A DNA stretch of 64,000 nucleotides, taken from positions 1,344,001 to 1,408,000 of the forward strand of contig OZ245015.1 of NCBI GenBank assembly GCA_965223705.1, read 5' to 3'. Positions 29,333-40,244 of this stretch are shown in pieces. Positions within the stretch are counted from its first letter, which is position 1; every line of letters begins with the position of its first letter. The position numbers and the translations under genes are program-made. Source of the DNA: Myxococcota bacterium (GTDB lineage Bacteria; Myxococcota_A; UBA9160; UBA6930). The notes beneath the pieces were generated by a model that ran no database searches, was not told where the DNA came from, and saw only the letters and a list, made by a program, of their open reading frames with translations.

Positions 29333-29580
29333 AGATGAAGTTCTGGGTATCGGTCACGCTCAAACCGGACGTTCTCGACCCTGAGGGAGTCGCCATCCAG
29401 AGGGCCGCTGTCGAACTCGGCCACGAGGGCGTGCAAAGTGTCCGGCAAGGGAAACTTTTCGAGATCGACCTCGTCGCGGAAGACGCAGAAGCGGCCGAAG
29501 CCCAAATAGGCGAGCTCGCCGACAAGCTGCTCGCCAACCCGGTGATCGAACGCTTTCAGATCGAGCGCGCAGAAGGCTAG
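29329..29580 (+). CDS. purS: FGAM synthase subunit PurS
   Basis: LKPDVLDPEG, VRQGK, LLANPVIE. Confidence 0.95.
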   Translation: MKMKFWVSVTLKPDVLDPEGVAIQRAAVELGHEGVQSVRQGKLFEIDLVAEDAEAAEAQIGELADKLLANPVIERFQIERAEG

Positions 29581-29589
29581 GGGGCTCTC

Positions 29590-30285
29590 TTGTTCGCGGT
29601 GCTTCAGTTCCCCGGATCGAACGACGACCGAGACATGGTCTTCGCGATGAAGAGCGTGCTCCAGGTGCCGACCCAACTCGCGTGGCACGGCGACAGCGAC
29701 CTCCCAGCGGGCACTCGCGGCGTTCTGCTTCCCGGTGGCTTCTCCTACGGCGACTATCTACGTTGCGGAGCCATGGCGCGTTTCTCGCCGATCATGGCAG
29801 CCGTGAAGCGCTTCTCCGAAGCCGGCGGTCCGGTGCTCGGCACGTGCAACGGTTTCCAGATCCTGTGCGAGTCGGGCCTTCTCCCCGGTGTATTGAGACG
29901 CAACCGCGACCTGCTCTTCATCTGCGGGGACGTCTCGCTGCGGGTTGAAGTACAAGCCGCGCCGTTCTCCTCGCGCGCCGCGGTCGGCCAGGTGCTGCGC
30001 ATTCCGATCAAGCACGGGGAAGGCGCGTACTTCGTCCCGCCCGAAGAACTCGAAACCTTGGAGGCGAACGGCCAGGTGCTCCTGCGCTACTGCGACGGCG
30101 AGGGTCGGGTCGACGGCGCGGTAAACCCCAACGGATCGGTCGCGAACATCGCCGGGGTGACGAACGCGGCGGGCAACGTGCTCGGCCTGATGCCCCATCC
30201 CGAACACGCGGTGGAGCCGAGCCTCGGTGGGACCGACGGCTTGGCGATTCTGGGCTCCGTCGTCGACGCGGTCCGCGCGTCGTGA
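29590..30285 (+). CDS. purQ: FGAM synthase subunit PurQ
   Basis: [36 protein letters not shown]. Confidence 0.97.
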   Translation: MFAVLQFPGSNDDRDMVFAMKSVLQVPTQLAWHGDSDLPAGTRGVLLPGGFSYGDYLRCGAMARFSPIMAAVKRFSEAGGPVLGTCNGFQILCESGLLPGVLRRNRDLLFICGDVSLRVEVQAAPFSSRAAVGQVLRIPIKHGEGAYFVPPEELETLEANGQVLLRYCDGEGRVDGAVNPNGSVANIAGVTNAAGNVLGLMPHPEHAVEPSLGGTDGLAILGSVVDAVRAS

Positions 30286-32531
30286 AGGAGCCCCGCGTCG
30301 ATCTCGAGCTCGCGCTGGAGCACGGCCTCACGCCGGAAGAGTACGCGCAGATCGAAGACATCCTGGGCCGAGTGCCGAGTTTCTCGGAGCTCGGGATTTT
30401 CTCGGTCATGTGGTCGGAGCACTGCTCTTACAAATCGAGCAAGCGACACCTGAAAGCTCTTCCGACGTCGGCGCCCCACGTGTTGCAGGGACCGGGAGAG
30501 AACGCCGGCGCGATCGACCTGGGGGACGGACTGGCGGCGGTCTTCAAGATCGAAAGTCACAACCACCCTTCGTTCATCGAGCCGCGCCAGGGCGCCGCAA
30601 CCGGGGTCGGCGGCATCATCCGCGACATCTTCACCATGGGCGCGCGCCCGGCCGCTTCACTCGATTCCATTCGGTTCGGGCCGCTCGACGATCCGCTCCA
30701 CCGAAGGCTCCTCCGCGGCGTTGTCGAGGGGATTGGCGCTTACGGCAATTGTGTGGGCGTCGCGACGGTCGGGGGCGAGACCACGTTTCACCCCTGCTAT
30801 CGCGGAAACATCCTCGTGAACGCCATGAACGTCGGCGTGGTCGCGGCAGATCGGATCTTCCTGGCGCGTGCGCCGGGCGTGGGCAATCCCGTGATCTACG
30901 CCGGTGCGAAGACCGGTCGCGACGGAATTCACGGCGCGAGCTTGCTCGCTTCCGCGGAATTCGGCGAACAGGACGAAGACAAGCGCCCGACGGTCCAAGT
31001 CGGCGACCCGTTCACCGAGAAGTGCCTCATCGAAGCCTGCCTCGAACTCATGCAGACCGAGCACATCGTCGGCATCCAAGACATGGGCGCGGCGGGCCTC
31101 ACGTGTTCGTCTTTCGAAATGGCTTCGAACTCGGGAACGGGAATCGAGATGGATCTCGATTCGGTTCCGCGTCGCGCCGAAGGCATGACACCCTACGAGC
31201 TCCTCCTCTCCGAAAGTCAGGAGCGGATGTTGTTGGTGGCGCGCGACGGCTCCGAAGATGCGGTGTGCGAAGTGTTCCGCCGTTGGGGACTCGACGCGAC
31301 GGTGGTGGGTCGTGTGACCGATAGCGGACGGATGCGCGTCCGTTCAGGCGGTCGCGTGGTCGTCGACATCCCCGTCGATCCGGTCGCGGCGAGCTCCCCG
31401 GAACTCGACCGCGAGTTCCGCGAGCCGGCCGATTTGGGGGAGCGCCAGAAGCTCGATCTCGCGTCGATCGCACCGGAAGAAGCGCCCGCCGAAGCCCTGG
31501 AAGCGCTCCTCGCGGATCCGAATTTCTCCTCGAAGGCCTGGGTGTATCGCCAGTACGACCAGCTCGTGCAGGGCAACACGCTCGTGGGTCCCGGCTCTGA
31601 CGCAGCGGTCGTCCGCGTGAAACGCGACGGCGAGGCGACGGACAAGGCGCTCGCGATCTCGGTGGATTGCAACCCGCGCCATTGTTGGCTCGACCCCTAC
31701 CAGGGCGCGGTCGGCGCCGTCGCCGAGGCGGCGCGGAACGTCGCCTGCACGGGGGCGACCCCCCTCGCGGTGACGAACTGTCTGAACTTCGGGAACCCCG
31801 AGAAGCCCGAGATCATGTGGGAGCTCCGTCAGGCGATCGCCGGGTTGGGCGATGCCGCAGCGGCTTTGGGAACTCCGGTCGTCTCGGGCAACGTGTCGCT
31901 CTACAACGAAACCCACGGGAGCGCGATCTACCCGACGCCGACCATCGGCATGGTCGGCTTGCTCGAGCCCCTCGAGTGCTGCGTCGGCAGCCACTTTCCC
32001 GACGCCGACCTGGCGATTGTCCTCCTCGGCGAAACCCGAGAAGAGCTCGGTGGCTCGAGTTGGCTTGCGATTCGACGAGGCCTCGAGGCCGGCACGCCGC
32101 CGCGCGTCGATCTCGCCCACGAGCGCAGGCTCCACGCGCTGCTCGCCGAAGGCGCGCACACCGGTGTCGTGGCCTCGGCGCATGATCTCTCCGATGGTGG
32201 CTTTGCCGTCGCCCTGGCCGAGGCGTGCTTCGGCGGAAGCGAGTCCATCGGGGCGACGGCGACCTTATCGGGAGCGATGCGACCCGAGGCGCTGCTGTTC
32301 GGCGAGTCGACGGGCCGCGTGCTCACTGCCACGGCGGATGCCGAAGCGTGGCTCGCGATGGCGGACCGACGCGGTGTCCCGGCACAGGAAATCGGTCGGA
32401 CCGGCGGTCGCGCGTTGACGATCCGGTCCGCCGACGGCGAGGTCTGGATCGAGAGCGACCTCGCCCGCTTGCGCGAGATATGGGCTACCTCTCTCGCGTG
32501 TCAGCTCGACGGCAAGGAATCGACCTCGTGA
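30282..32531 (+). CDS. purL: FGAM synthase subunit PurL
   Basis: [45 protein letters not shown]. Confidence 0.98.
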   Translation: MKEPRVDLELALEHGLTPEEYAQIEDILGRVPSFSELGIFSVMWSEHCSYKSSKRHLKALPTSAPHVLQGPGENAGAIDLGDGLAAVFKIESHNHPSFIEPRQGAATGVGGIIRDIFTMGARPAASLDSIRFGPLDDPLHRRLLRGVVEGIGAYGNCVGVATVGGETTFHPCYRGNILVNAMNVGVVAADRIFLARAPGVGNPVIYAGAKTGRDGIHGASLLASAEFGEQDEDKRPTVQVGDPFTEKCLIEACLELMQTEHIVGIQDMGAAGLTCSSFEMASNSGTGIEMDLDSVPRRAEGMTPYELLLSESQERMLLVARDGSEDAVCEVFRRWGLDATVVGRVTDSGRMRVRSGGRVVVDIPVDPVAASSPELDREFREPADLGERQKLDLASIAPEEAPAEALEALLADPNFSSKAWVYRQYDQLVQGNTLVGPGSDAAVVRVKRDGEATDKALAISVDCNPRHCWLDPYQGAVGAVAEAARNVACTGATPLAVTNCLNFGNPEKPEIMWELRQAIAGLGDAAAALGTPVVSGNVSLYNETHGSAIYPTPTIGMVGLLEPLECCVGSHFPDADLAIVLLGETREELGGSSWLAIRRGLEAGTPPRVDLAHERRLHALLAEGAHTGVVASAHDLSDGGFAVALAEACFGGSESIGATATLSGAMRPEALLFGESTGRVLTATADAEAWLAMADRRGVPAQEIGRTGGRALTIRSADGEVWIESDLARLREIWATSLACQLDGKESTS

Positions 32532-33979
32532 GCTCCGACTTGCACCACGTCGCCCGCGCGCGCGAAGCCGAGCGCCCGCGCGACGAATGCGGCGTCGTCG
32601 GCGTCCACGGCCACCCCGAAGCGGCGAAAATCACGTATCTCGGGCTCTACGCCCTGCAGCACCGGGGCCAGGAGAGTGCGGGGATCTGCAGCGCTCAGGG
32701 CGGCGAACAATTCGCCCACCGCGCCATGGGGTTGGTTTCGGAGATCTTCGACGAGCAGATTCTCAGCAAGCTCCCTGGACGCCATGCGATCGGCCACGTC
32801 CGCTACTCGACGACCGGCGAGTCGCAGCTCCGCAACGCGCACCCGATTTGTGTGAACACCGACGGTGGGCCTGTCGCCGTCGCGCACAACGGCAACATCG
32901 TCAATGCAGCAGCGATTCGCCGGGAGCTCGAGGGGCGGGGCGCCATCTTCAGCACGACTTCGGACAGCGAGGTGGTGCTCCACCTACTGGCGCGGTCGCG
33001 CGAGAACACGATCGAAGAGCGGCTTGTCGATGCGCTGTCGAGGCTCCGCGGCGCGTTCAGTTTGCTCGCGCTGACGCAAGACGGTTTCGTGGCCGCACGC
33101 GATCCCCACGGCTTCCGCCCGCTGACCCTCGGGCGACTCGGAGGTGCTTGGGTCGCGGCGAGCGAAACCTGCGCGCTCGATCTGATCGGGGCCGAAGCTT
33201 TGCGAGACGTCGATCCCGGCGAAGTCGTGATCGTGCGGCGAGGGCGGTTGCGCTCGCTGCGACCATTTCCCCGGGTGCCCGCGGCGTTCTGCATCTTCGA
33301 ATACATCTATTTCGCGCGACCGGACTCGAATCTCGCCGGGGGCAACGTCTACCATTTCCGCAAAGAGCTGGGGCGCACGTTGGCGCGGGAGCACGGCGTC
33401 GACGCGGACATGGTGGTTCCGTTGCTCGATTCGGGGAGCGCCGCGGCCCTGGGTTTCGCCGAAGAGTCCGGTATCCCCTACGAAACGGCACTCATTCGCA
33501 ATCACTTCGTGCACCGAACGTTTATTCAGCCGGCACAATCGATTCGCCACTTCGGCGTCAAGGTGAAACACAACGCGATCGGAGACGTCTTGCGCGGCAA
33601 GCGCGTCGTACTGGTCGACGATTCGATCATCCGCGGCACCACGCTCACGACGATCGCGAAAGTGTTACGCGGCGCCGGCGCACGAGAAGTGCATGTGCGC
33701 ATTTCCGCGCCCCCGACCATCGGCCCCTGCCACTACGGCATCGACATGCCGACCCGTGAGGAGCTGATCGCCCACGAACTCGAGGTCGATGAAATCCGCG
33801 AGCGGGTCGGCGCCGATTCCCTGGCGTATCTCTCCGTCGACGCCCTTCGCCGGGTCTCCCAGCGCCTCAAGCACGGGATCTGCGATGCCTGCTTCTCCGA
33901 CGAGTACCCCGTCGCGGTCGATCCCGAGGCGCCTCCGCCGCAGCTGTCCCTGTTCCGACCCGTCGAAGAAAATACGTAG
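32528..33979 (+). CDS. purF: Amidophosphoribosyltransferase (propeptide/Fe-S type)
   Basis: [59 protein letters not shown]. Confidence 0.97.
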   Translation: MSSDLHHVARAREAERPRDECGVVGVHGHPEAAKITYLGLYALQHRGQESAGICSAQGGEQFAHRAMGLVSEIFDEQILSKLPGRHAIGHVRYSTTGESQLRNAHPICVNTDGGPVAVAHNGNIVNAAAIRRELEGRGAIFSTTSDSEVVLHLLARSRENTIEERLVDALSRLRGAFSLLALTQDGFVAARDPHGFRPLTLGRLGGAWVAASETCALDLIGAEALRDVDPGEVVIVRRGRLRSLRPFPRVPAAFCIFEYIYFARPDSNLAGGNVYHFRKELGRTLAREHGVDADMVVPLLDSGSAAALGFAEESGIPYETALIRNHFVHRTFIQPAQSIRHFGVKVKHNAIGDVLRGKRVVLVDDSIIRGTTLTTIAKVLRGAGAREVHVRISAPPTIGPCHYGIDMPTREELIAHELEVDEIRERVGADSLAYLSVDALRRVSQRLKHGICDACFSDEYPVAVDPEAPPPQLSLFRPVEENT

Positions 33980-34017
33980 GCTTCCGCCCTCGCTCGTCCC
34001 CCGACTGAGACTCCACG

Positions 34018-34045
34018 TAAACCCGCAGCGATGTCGCGCCGATGA
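34018..34045 (+). promoter_or_regulatory. sigma28-like promoter of the PilZ-DUF4388 gene
   Basis: TAAAC-N15-GCCGATGA in the intergenic gap after purF. Confidence 0.55.
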
Positions 34046-34109
34046 GAAGGCGTCGCCCCGGCGTTTCGAGCGAGCGATTCCCGGGCGATGGGTGGAGTAC
34101 GCCTCGTCG

Positions 34110-35873
34110 ATGAAGCGCAGCCTGCAGCTCACCTTCGACCAGCCGACGGATTTTCTCCGCGAATGGGAGACGAACCTGTCGGTGGGCGGTGCCGTCGTCC
34201 CGAGCGGCGACACCTGGGAAGTGCGCGAGTTGGTGAGTCTCGAGCTCTCTTTCTCGTTTATGGATGGAAGAGAGACATTCGACGCCGAGGTGGTGTTCGC
34301 GGATCCGTCGGGCAAAGTGATGGTGCAGCTCAACGTCCCGGCGATGGAAGTGCGCGGCCGAATCGAACCCTTGGTCGAAGCCGCGAAGCAGCAATCGGCG
34401 GGCGGCGGTGCCGCACCTGCCCCCGCGCCATCTGCGCCGCTCCCCGAGCCGATCCTCGAGACGGAACCGCTCGACGCGTTCGATATTTCTTCCTCGGCGG
34501 ACGAGCCCGCCCTCGATTTCTCACTCGAGGCTTCCGACGACCCGTTCGATCGGTCCGCGGTAGATCTCGGCGAAGCTGAAGACTCGGAGCTCGCCGGCCT
34601 CGATCTCGACAGCATCGATATCGAATCACTGAGTAGCGAGCCCGAGCTCGAGAGCGACGCGTTCGACGCTGCGGCGCTCGACGCGGCGAGCGAGGCGCCA
34701 CTCGAAGACGCGGGCGCCGTGTCGGACCCCGGCGAGTTTCTGGCCGAAGATCTCGAGACCGGGATCGAGGAGGATTCCGGGGCGCTTCTCGGTGATGATT
34801 CGCCCCAAGCGTTCGCAGAGATGCGCGACCTCGACGCGTTCGAAGGCGAGGAGCTCGCCCACGGATTCGACGGGCAGGAGCTCGAAGCCGAGGCGTATGA
34901 AACCGGTGAGTTCGAGGTGTTGTCGGACGCGGGTGATTCCGTCTCCGAAGAAGGCCAGGCGAGTGAGCCGGACATCGAAATCGTTTCCGGGGACGATTTC
35001 ACGGATCGTCGCGGCGCGATCCGCGAGCAAGCGCGCGTTCCCGTGCGCGTCGACGCGAACAACGTCTCCTTCGAGGGCCGCACCCGCGACTTGAGCGATA
35101 CGGGTGTGCTGATTTCCGTCGATGGCAGCGAGTTGCCGGTGGGTAAGCAGGTGATGATCTCGCTCACGCACCCCGACACCGGCGAAGCGATCGAGGTCCC
35201 GGGAACCGTGAAGAGGCATATCGACACGGAAGGGACCGTCGCGGCCGTCGGGGTCGAGATCGAGGGTTCCGAAGGGGAGATGCGCCGCTTCGAATCACTC
35301 GTGCAGAATATCCAGCAGGTCGAACACGAGCGTCGCGCCTCGGGAATCAGCGGTGTCATCGAAGAGCTCGGCATGCCGAACTTGCTGCAGATGCTGGCTC
35401 AGAGCTCCCCTCAAGGCACGCTCACTGTCACCAACGGCACGGAAGAGGGCGTCATCGCTTTCGAGGGCGGTGTTCTCCGCTATTCGCGCCTCGGCACCCT
35501 CGGCGGTTCCAAGGCCTTCGGGCGAATGCTCGGCTGGGAATCCGGCCACTTCCAGTTCGTCGGGCAGGTCGACCCGCTTCCGAACGAAGATCCGCCGGTC
35601 TCTCTCGAGGCGGCGCTGCTCGACGCGATCCGACTGCGCGACGAAGAGGCACGCGAGCCGCGCGCCGAAATCGAGCCGAGCGTCGTCCTCTCCGTCGACA
35701 TGGAAGCTCTCGCGCGCGATGGGGCGAACCTCGACAAGACCCAAGAAGCGGTCGTCGATCTCGCGGCCGCGGGCTTTACCGTGCGACGCGTGCTCGACAT
35801 CATCCCCGAGTCCGACGGCACGATTCTCCGCTCCATCGAAGAGCTCCGCGAGCTCGGCATCGTCAAGCTCTAG
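34110..35873 (+). CDS. Multi-domain protein: atypical PilZ + acidic linker + canonical PilZ + DUF4388(PATAN-like)
   Basis: N-terminal NLSVGG PilZ-like domain; long D/E-rich linker; REQAR (RxxxR) and DLSDTG (DxSxxG); ISGVIEELGMPNLLQML...GTLTV...W..G.F.F pattern of DUF4388. Confidence 0.8.
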   Translation: MKRSLQLTFDQPTDFLREWETNLSVGGAVVPSGDTWEVRELVSLELSFSFMDGRETFDAEVVFADPSGKVMVQLNVPAMEVRGRIEPLVEAAKQQSAGGGAAPAPAPSAPLPEPILETEPLDAFDISSSADEPALDFSLEASDDPFDRSAVDLGEAEDSELAGLDLDSIDIESLSSEPELESDAFDAAALDAASEAPLEDAGAVSDPGEFLAEDLETGIEEDSGALLGDDSPQAFAEMRDLDAFEGEELAHGFDGQELEAEAYETGEFEVLSDAGDSVSEEGQASEPDIEIVSGDDFTDRRGAIREQARVPVRVDANNVSFEGRTRDLSDTGVLISVDGSELPVGKQVMISLTHPDTGEAIEVPGTVKRHIDTEGTVAAVGVEIEGSEGEMRRFESLVQNIQQVEHERRASGISGVIEELGMPNLLQMLAQSSPQGTLTVTNGTEEGVIAFEGGVLRYSRLGTLGGSKAFGRMLGWESGHFQFVGQVDPLPNEDPPVSLEAALLDAIRLRDEEAREPRAEIEPSVVLSVDMEALARDGANLDKTQEAVVDLAAAGFTVRRVLDIIPESDGTILRSIEELRELGIVKL

Positions 35874-35875
35874 TT

Positions 35876-37477
35876 CTAGGGCCGGGAATACGCGTTGATC
35901 ACCGTGTCGCGGCGGAAACGTTCGTCGTCGCGGTTCGGGTAGTCGATGTTGTAGTGCAGGCCGCGGCTTTCCTTGCGGCTGCGCGCGCAATCGATCACGA
36001 GCTCTGCGACGCAGGACAAGTTGCGCAGCTCGATCAGATCCGTCGTCAACCGGAAGTTCCAGTAGTACTCGGTGATCTCTTCGCGCAGGAGCTCGATACG
36101 GCGTTTCGCTCGGGCGAGCCGTTTGTCGCTGCGCACGATTCCCACGTAGTTCCACATGAACTGCCGGATCTCGTCCCAGTTCTGCTTGATGACGACGGCT
36201 TCCGAGCTTTCCGTCGCCGAGCCCTCTTCCCATTCCGGAATGCTCGATTCGGGCGGGGGGAGATCGCTCACCCGTTCGAGCAGGGCGTCGGCCGCAGCGT
36301 TCGCAAAGACGACGCCTTCGAGCAACGAGTTGGAAGCCAAGCGGTTCGCGCCGTGGAGTCCGGTGCAAGTGACTTCGCCGGCCGCGAACAAGTTTGCGAC
36401 GTCCGTTTCCCCCGCGAGGTCGGTTCGCACGCCGCCACAACAGTAGTGCGCAGCCGGAACCACCGGGATCGGTTCCCGTGTCAGGTCGATGCCGAAATCG
36501 AGGCAGCGCGCGTAGACCGTCGGAAAGCGCTCCTTCAGAAATGAGGCGTCTTGGTGGGTGATGTCGAGGTTGACGTGGTCGTCGCCGCGTCGCTTGAGCT
36601 CGGTGTCGATCGCGCGGGCCACGATGTCGCGCGGCGCCAGGTCGCGCATCGGGTGGTGATCGGCCATGAACGCTTCGCCGTCCAAATTGCGCAACACACC
36701 GCCCTCGCCCCGCACCGCCTCGGTGATCAGGAAAGACTTCGCCTGCGGATGATAGAGGCAGGTCGGGTGGAACTGGAAGAACTCCATATTCGCGAGCGTC
36801 GCGCCGGCTCGGTAGGCCATCGCCATGCCGTCGCCCGACGCGATATCGGGATTGCTCGTGAACTCGTAGACCTTGCCCGCGCCGCCTGTCGCGAGGAGCA
36901 CGGCCGAGCTTGCGAACACATCCACCTCGCCCCGCTCGACGTCGAGGACGTAGGCGCCGACCACTCGGTTCGCGCCCGACTGCCCGAGCTTGGCCGTGGT
37001 GACCAAGTCGACCACGCAGTGGTTCTCGAGGAGGCTGATGTTCGGGTGGGAACGGGCCCGCGCGAGGAGTGCGCGCTCGATTTCGCGACCGGTCGCGTCG
37101 CGGTGGTGAAGCACCCGCCGAATGCGATGTCCGCCTTCGCGGCCCAGGGCGAACGCGTCCTCCGCCGCAGCGCGATCGAATTCGACGCCCAGCTTCAAGA
37201 GAGCTTCGATCGCGTTCGGCCCTCGGCTCACCACATAATCGACGACCTCGGGGTCGCACAGGCCGTCCCCCGCATCCGAGGTATCCCGCGCGTGATCGGC
37301 AAAGGAATCCTCTTCGGCGACGACAGCGGCGATGCCCCCTTGGGCCCAGTTCGTAGCGGAATCCGCCGCCTCTTTTTTCGTGAGGACGACCACGCGACCC
37401 ACCTCGGCGGCGCGAACCGCGAAGAACAGGCCGGCGATTCCGCTGCCCAAGACGAGGGTGTCGCACCGATGATTCAC
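35876..37477 (-). CDS. nadB: L-aspartate oxidase
   Basis: [67 protein letters not shown] start at 37477. Confidence 0.97.
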   Translation of the reverse strand: MNHRCDTLVLGSGIAGLFFAVRAAEVGRVVVLTKKEAADSATNWAQGGIAAVVAEEDSFADHARDTSDAGDGLCDPEVVDYVVSRGPNAIEALLKLGVEFDRAAAEDAFALGREGGHRIRRVLHHRDATGREIERALLARARSHPNISLLENHCVVDLVTTAKLGQSGANRVVGAYVLDVERGEVDVFASSAVLLATGGAGKVYEFTSNPDIASGDGMAMAYRAGATLANMEFFQFHPTCLYHPQAKSFLITEAVRGEGGVLRNLDGEAFMADHHPMRDLAPRDIVARAIDTELKRRGDDHVNLDITHQDASFLKERFPTVYARCLDFGIDLTREPIPVVPAAHYCCGGVRTDLAGETDVANLFAAGEVTCTGLHGANRLASNSLLEGVVFANAAADALLERVSDLPPPESSIPEWEEGSATESSEAVVIKQNWDEIRQFMWNYVGIVRSDKRLARAKRRIELLREEITEYYWNFRLTTDLIELRNLSCVAELVIDCARSRKESRGLHYNIDYPNRDDERFRRDTVINAYSRP

Positions 37478-37551
37478 GAGCTCTTGACCCCATGGGGAAA
37501 AATCTTGCCGCCTAGCTGCCGATTTTTGGGGGTGTTCAACCTCGAGATGCC

Positions 37552-37579
37552 TAAGGGACCCGGGGTCACACTCCGATAC
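37552..37579 (+). promoter_or_regulatory. sigma28-like promoter of slt-pgsA
   Basis: TAAGG-N15-TCCGATAC, about 70 nt before the slt start. Confidence 0.45.
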
Positions 37580-37649
37580 ATCATGGAACGACTCTACCGC
37601 CGCGGTCTCAGCCCTTTCAAGGCTGGGCGTGGAAACGGAGCTTTGCGTC

Positions 37650-38255
37650 ATGGGTCACGGTTTGAACCGCCGAATCACGATCGTCCGAAGTGCGATCGCT
37701 TCGTTCGCGCTCTTCCTGGCGTCGGCGGTCGGCGCGGACGCGGAGGCCCAGGTCTACCGATACGTCGACGCCTCGGGTGTGACGCACTTCACGAATGCGC
37801 CGAGCGGGCGGCACTTCGCCGCCGTCACCCGGCGTGCGCGGCCCGGTCGCGCGCCGAGGGTCGAAAAATACGACGCGCTGATCGAGAGCGCGGCGCGCAA
37901 ACACGGCCTGCCGCCGGCATTGGTCAAGGCCGTTGTCGCGGCGGAGTCGGCATTTCGCGTCGACGCGGTTTCCCACAAGGGTGCGATGGGGCTGATGCAA
38001 CTGATGCCGGCCACCGCGAAATCTCTCGGCGTCGAGGCGCCCTTCGAAGCGGCCGACAACATCCACGGTGGTTCGCTCTACCTCCGCAAAATGCACGATC
38101 GCTACGGGAGCTGGAGCCACGCGTTGGCGGCGTACAACGCCGGTCCTCGGGCGGTCGATCGGTATCGCGGCATTCCGCCCTACCGAGAGACGCGAACGTA
38201 TGTGAAACGCGTTCTAACCTACTATCGTCAATTCCATGGCGACTTCGCTCGATGA
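37650..38255 (+). CDS. Secreted lytic transglycosylase (DUF4124 + SLT domain)
   Basis: Signal peptide, [44 protein letters not shown]. Confidence 0.92.
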   Translation: MGHGLNRRITIVRSAIASFALFLASAVGADAEAQVYRYVDASGVTHFTNAPSGRHFAAVTRRARPGRAPRVEKYDALIESAARKHGLPPALVKAVVAAESAFRVDAVSHKGAMGLMQLMPATAKSLGVEAPFEAADNIHGGSLYLRKMHDRYGSWSHALAAYNAGPRAVDRYRGIPPYRETRTYVKRVLTYYRQFHGDFAR

Positions 38256-38862
38256 CCATGAGCGTGAATCCAGCCAGAACGCCGACCCGATGGACGAGCA
38301 ACTAGGGCCCGAGCGCTTCTGGAATCTCCCAAACTCGATCACCATGCTGCGCCTCATCGTGGTTCCCGTGATGTTGGCGTTTCCGTATTTCGAGAACCCG
38401 GCCTCGAGTCGGTTCGTCGCTTGGCTCTTTATCGCCGCCGCCGTGACCGATGTGCTCGACGGCTGGCTCGCCCGGCGCGGCCAGCAAGTGACTCGGATCG
38501 GCAAGCTCCTGGATCCCCTGGCGGACAAGCTGGTGGTGACGGTTTGCCTCGTCGTGCTGCTTGCGATGGGTCGCATCCCGATGTGGGCCTCGGTCTTCGT
38601 GGTCGTCATCATCGGCCGAGAGCTCGCCGTCACCGGCCTCCGGGGGCTCGCTTCGGTCGGGGGGCAGGTGATGGCGGCCGATTGGCGGGGCAAGGCCAAG
38701 GCCTTGGCGCAGAACATCGCCATCGGAGCGTTGCTGTTTCCCGATCCGACCTTGGGGCTGCCGTCACATCGAATCGGTATGTTGCTCCTCACGGTAGCCA
38801 CGATCCTGACCCTGTGGTCGGGATACGTGTATTTCGCGAGTTATTTCAGACGGCTTCCCTAG
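38236..38862 (+). CDS. pgsA: CDP-diacylglycerol--glycerol-3-phosphate 3-phosphatidyltransferase
   Basis: NLPNSITMLR, TDVLDGWLAR...GKLLDPLADK, RELAVTGLR. Confidence 0.93.
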   Translation: MATSLDDHERESSQNADPMDEQLGPERFWNLPNSITMLRLIVVPVMLAFPYFENPASSRFVAWLFIAAAVTDVLDGWLARRGQQVTRIGKLLDPLADKLVVTVCLVVLLAMGRIPMWASVFVVVIIGRELAVTGLRGLASVGGQVMAADWRGKAKALAQNIAIGALLFPDPTLGLPSHRIGMLLLTVATILTLWSGYVYFASYFRRLP

Positions 38863-38896
38863 ACTTTCGAGGGACCGGCCAATTGGGGGAACGGAC

Positions 38897-40210
38897 GTGA
38901 AACGGCTCGATGAACTCGGAGAGCGAATCGATTCGCGCGATGCGGTGATCGGCGTCGTCGGACTCGGCTATGTCGGTCTCCCTCTCGTGGTGGCGTTCGC
39001 CGAGGCCGGTTTCCCGGTCGTGGGGTTCGATCTCGATTCGGAGAAGGTGTCCCTCTTGAACGAGGGGCAGTCCTACATCGAGGACGTTCCGAGCGAGGCG
39101 ATCGCCCGGGCGCGCAAGGCGGGCCAGCTCAAGGCCAGCACGTCCTTCGAGGACCTGGCCGGTGCAGACGTGATCAACGTGTGCGTACCGACGCCTCTCA
39201 CGAAAACGCGCGATCCAGACGTCTCGTACATCCTCCGAGCCGTCGAGGAGATTCGCAAACGCATGCACAGCGGCCAGCTCGTCATCCTGGGGAGCACGAC
39301 GTATCCGGGGACGACCCACGATCTGTTCGTGCCGATCCTCGAGGAGTCGGGTCTCAAGGTCGGTTCCGACATCGCGGTCGCGTTCGCACCCGAGCGGATC
39401 GACCCGGCGAATCGGCAGTTCGACGTCCGACAAGTCCCGAAGGTCGTCGGAGGCGAGACACCTCGCTGCACAGAGCTCGCGGTCAAGGTGTTCGAAGCGA
39501 TCTTTGACGACGTCGTGCCGGTGAGTTCCTCGCAGAGCGCCGAGATGGTGAAGCTTCTCGAGAACACGTTTCGCGCCATCAACATCGGCCTGGCGAATGA
39601 AGTGGCTCTCATGTGCGACAAGCTCGGCCTCGACGTGTGGGAAGTCATCGATGCCGCGGCCACGAAACCCTACGGCTTCATGAAATTCACGCCGGGCCCG
39701 GGCCTCGGCGGACACTGCATTCCCGTCGACCCCGCGTATCTGGCCTGGAAGATGAAAGCGCTGAATTTTCCGGCGCGCTTCATCGAGGTGGCCACCGAGA
39801 TCAACAGTCAGATGCCTCACCACGTGACCGATGTCGTGACGTCGCTGTTGAACGAAGACCGCCTGGCGGTGAACGGAGCGCGCATTCTCATCATGGGCGT
39901 CGCGTACAAGCCCGACGTCGCGGACATGCGTGAATCTCCCGCCATCGAAATCATCGAACGGCTTCGCGAGAAGGGCGCGGAGATTTCGTATCACGATCCT
40001 CACGTGCCGGAGCTCACCATCGGCGAGTTCCACGCGAAGAGTGTTCCATTGACCGAAGAAGCCGTCGCCGGGAGCGATCTCCTCGTGATCGTGACCGACC
40101 ACCACTCGATCGACTACGAGAACGTGGTGCGCATGGCGCCGCGCGTCTTCGACACGCGCAACGCGACCCGCGACGTCCGCGGAAACCGCGAGAAGATCCG
40201 CAAGCTCTGA
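38897..40210 (+). CDS. Nucleotide-sugar dehydrogenase (UDP-GlcNAc/UDP-glucose/GDP-mannose dehydrogenase family)
   Basis: GLGYVGLPL, CVPTP, STTYPGTT, PERIDP, KLLENTFR, GGHCIPVDP, AYKPDVADMRESP. Confidence 0.93.
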   Translation: MKRLDELGERIDSRDAVIGVVGLGYVGLPLVVAFAEAGFPVVGFDLDSEKVSLLNEGQSYIEDVPSEAIARARKAGQLKASTSFEDLAGADVINVCVPTPLTKTRDPDVSYILRAVEEIRKRMHSGQLVILGSTTYPGTTHDLFVPILEESGLKVGSDIAVAFAPERIDPANRQFDVRQVPKVVGGETPRCTELAVKVFEAIFDDVVPVSSSQSAEMVKLLENTFRAINIGLANEVALMCDKLGLDVWEVIDAAATKPYGFMKFTPGPGLGGHCIPVDPAYLAWKMKALNFPARFIEVATEINSQMPHHVTDVVTSLLNEDRLAVNGARILIMGVAYKPDVADMRESPAIEIIERLREKGAEISYHDPHVPELTIGEFHAKSVPLTEEAVAGSDLLVIVTDHHSIDYENVVRMAPRVFDTRNATRDVRGNREKIRKL

Positions 40211-40244
40211 GCCGTTCCACCCCGTGGCGGTGTACGCTACCGCC

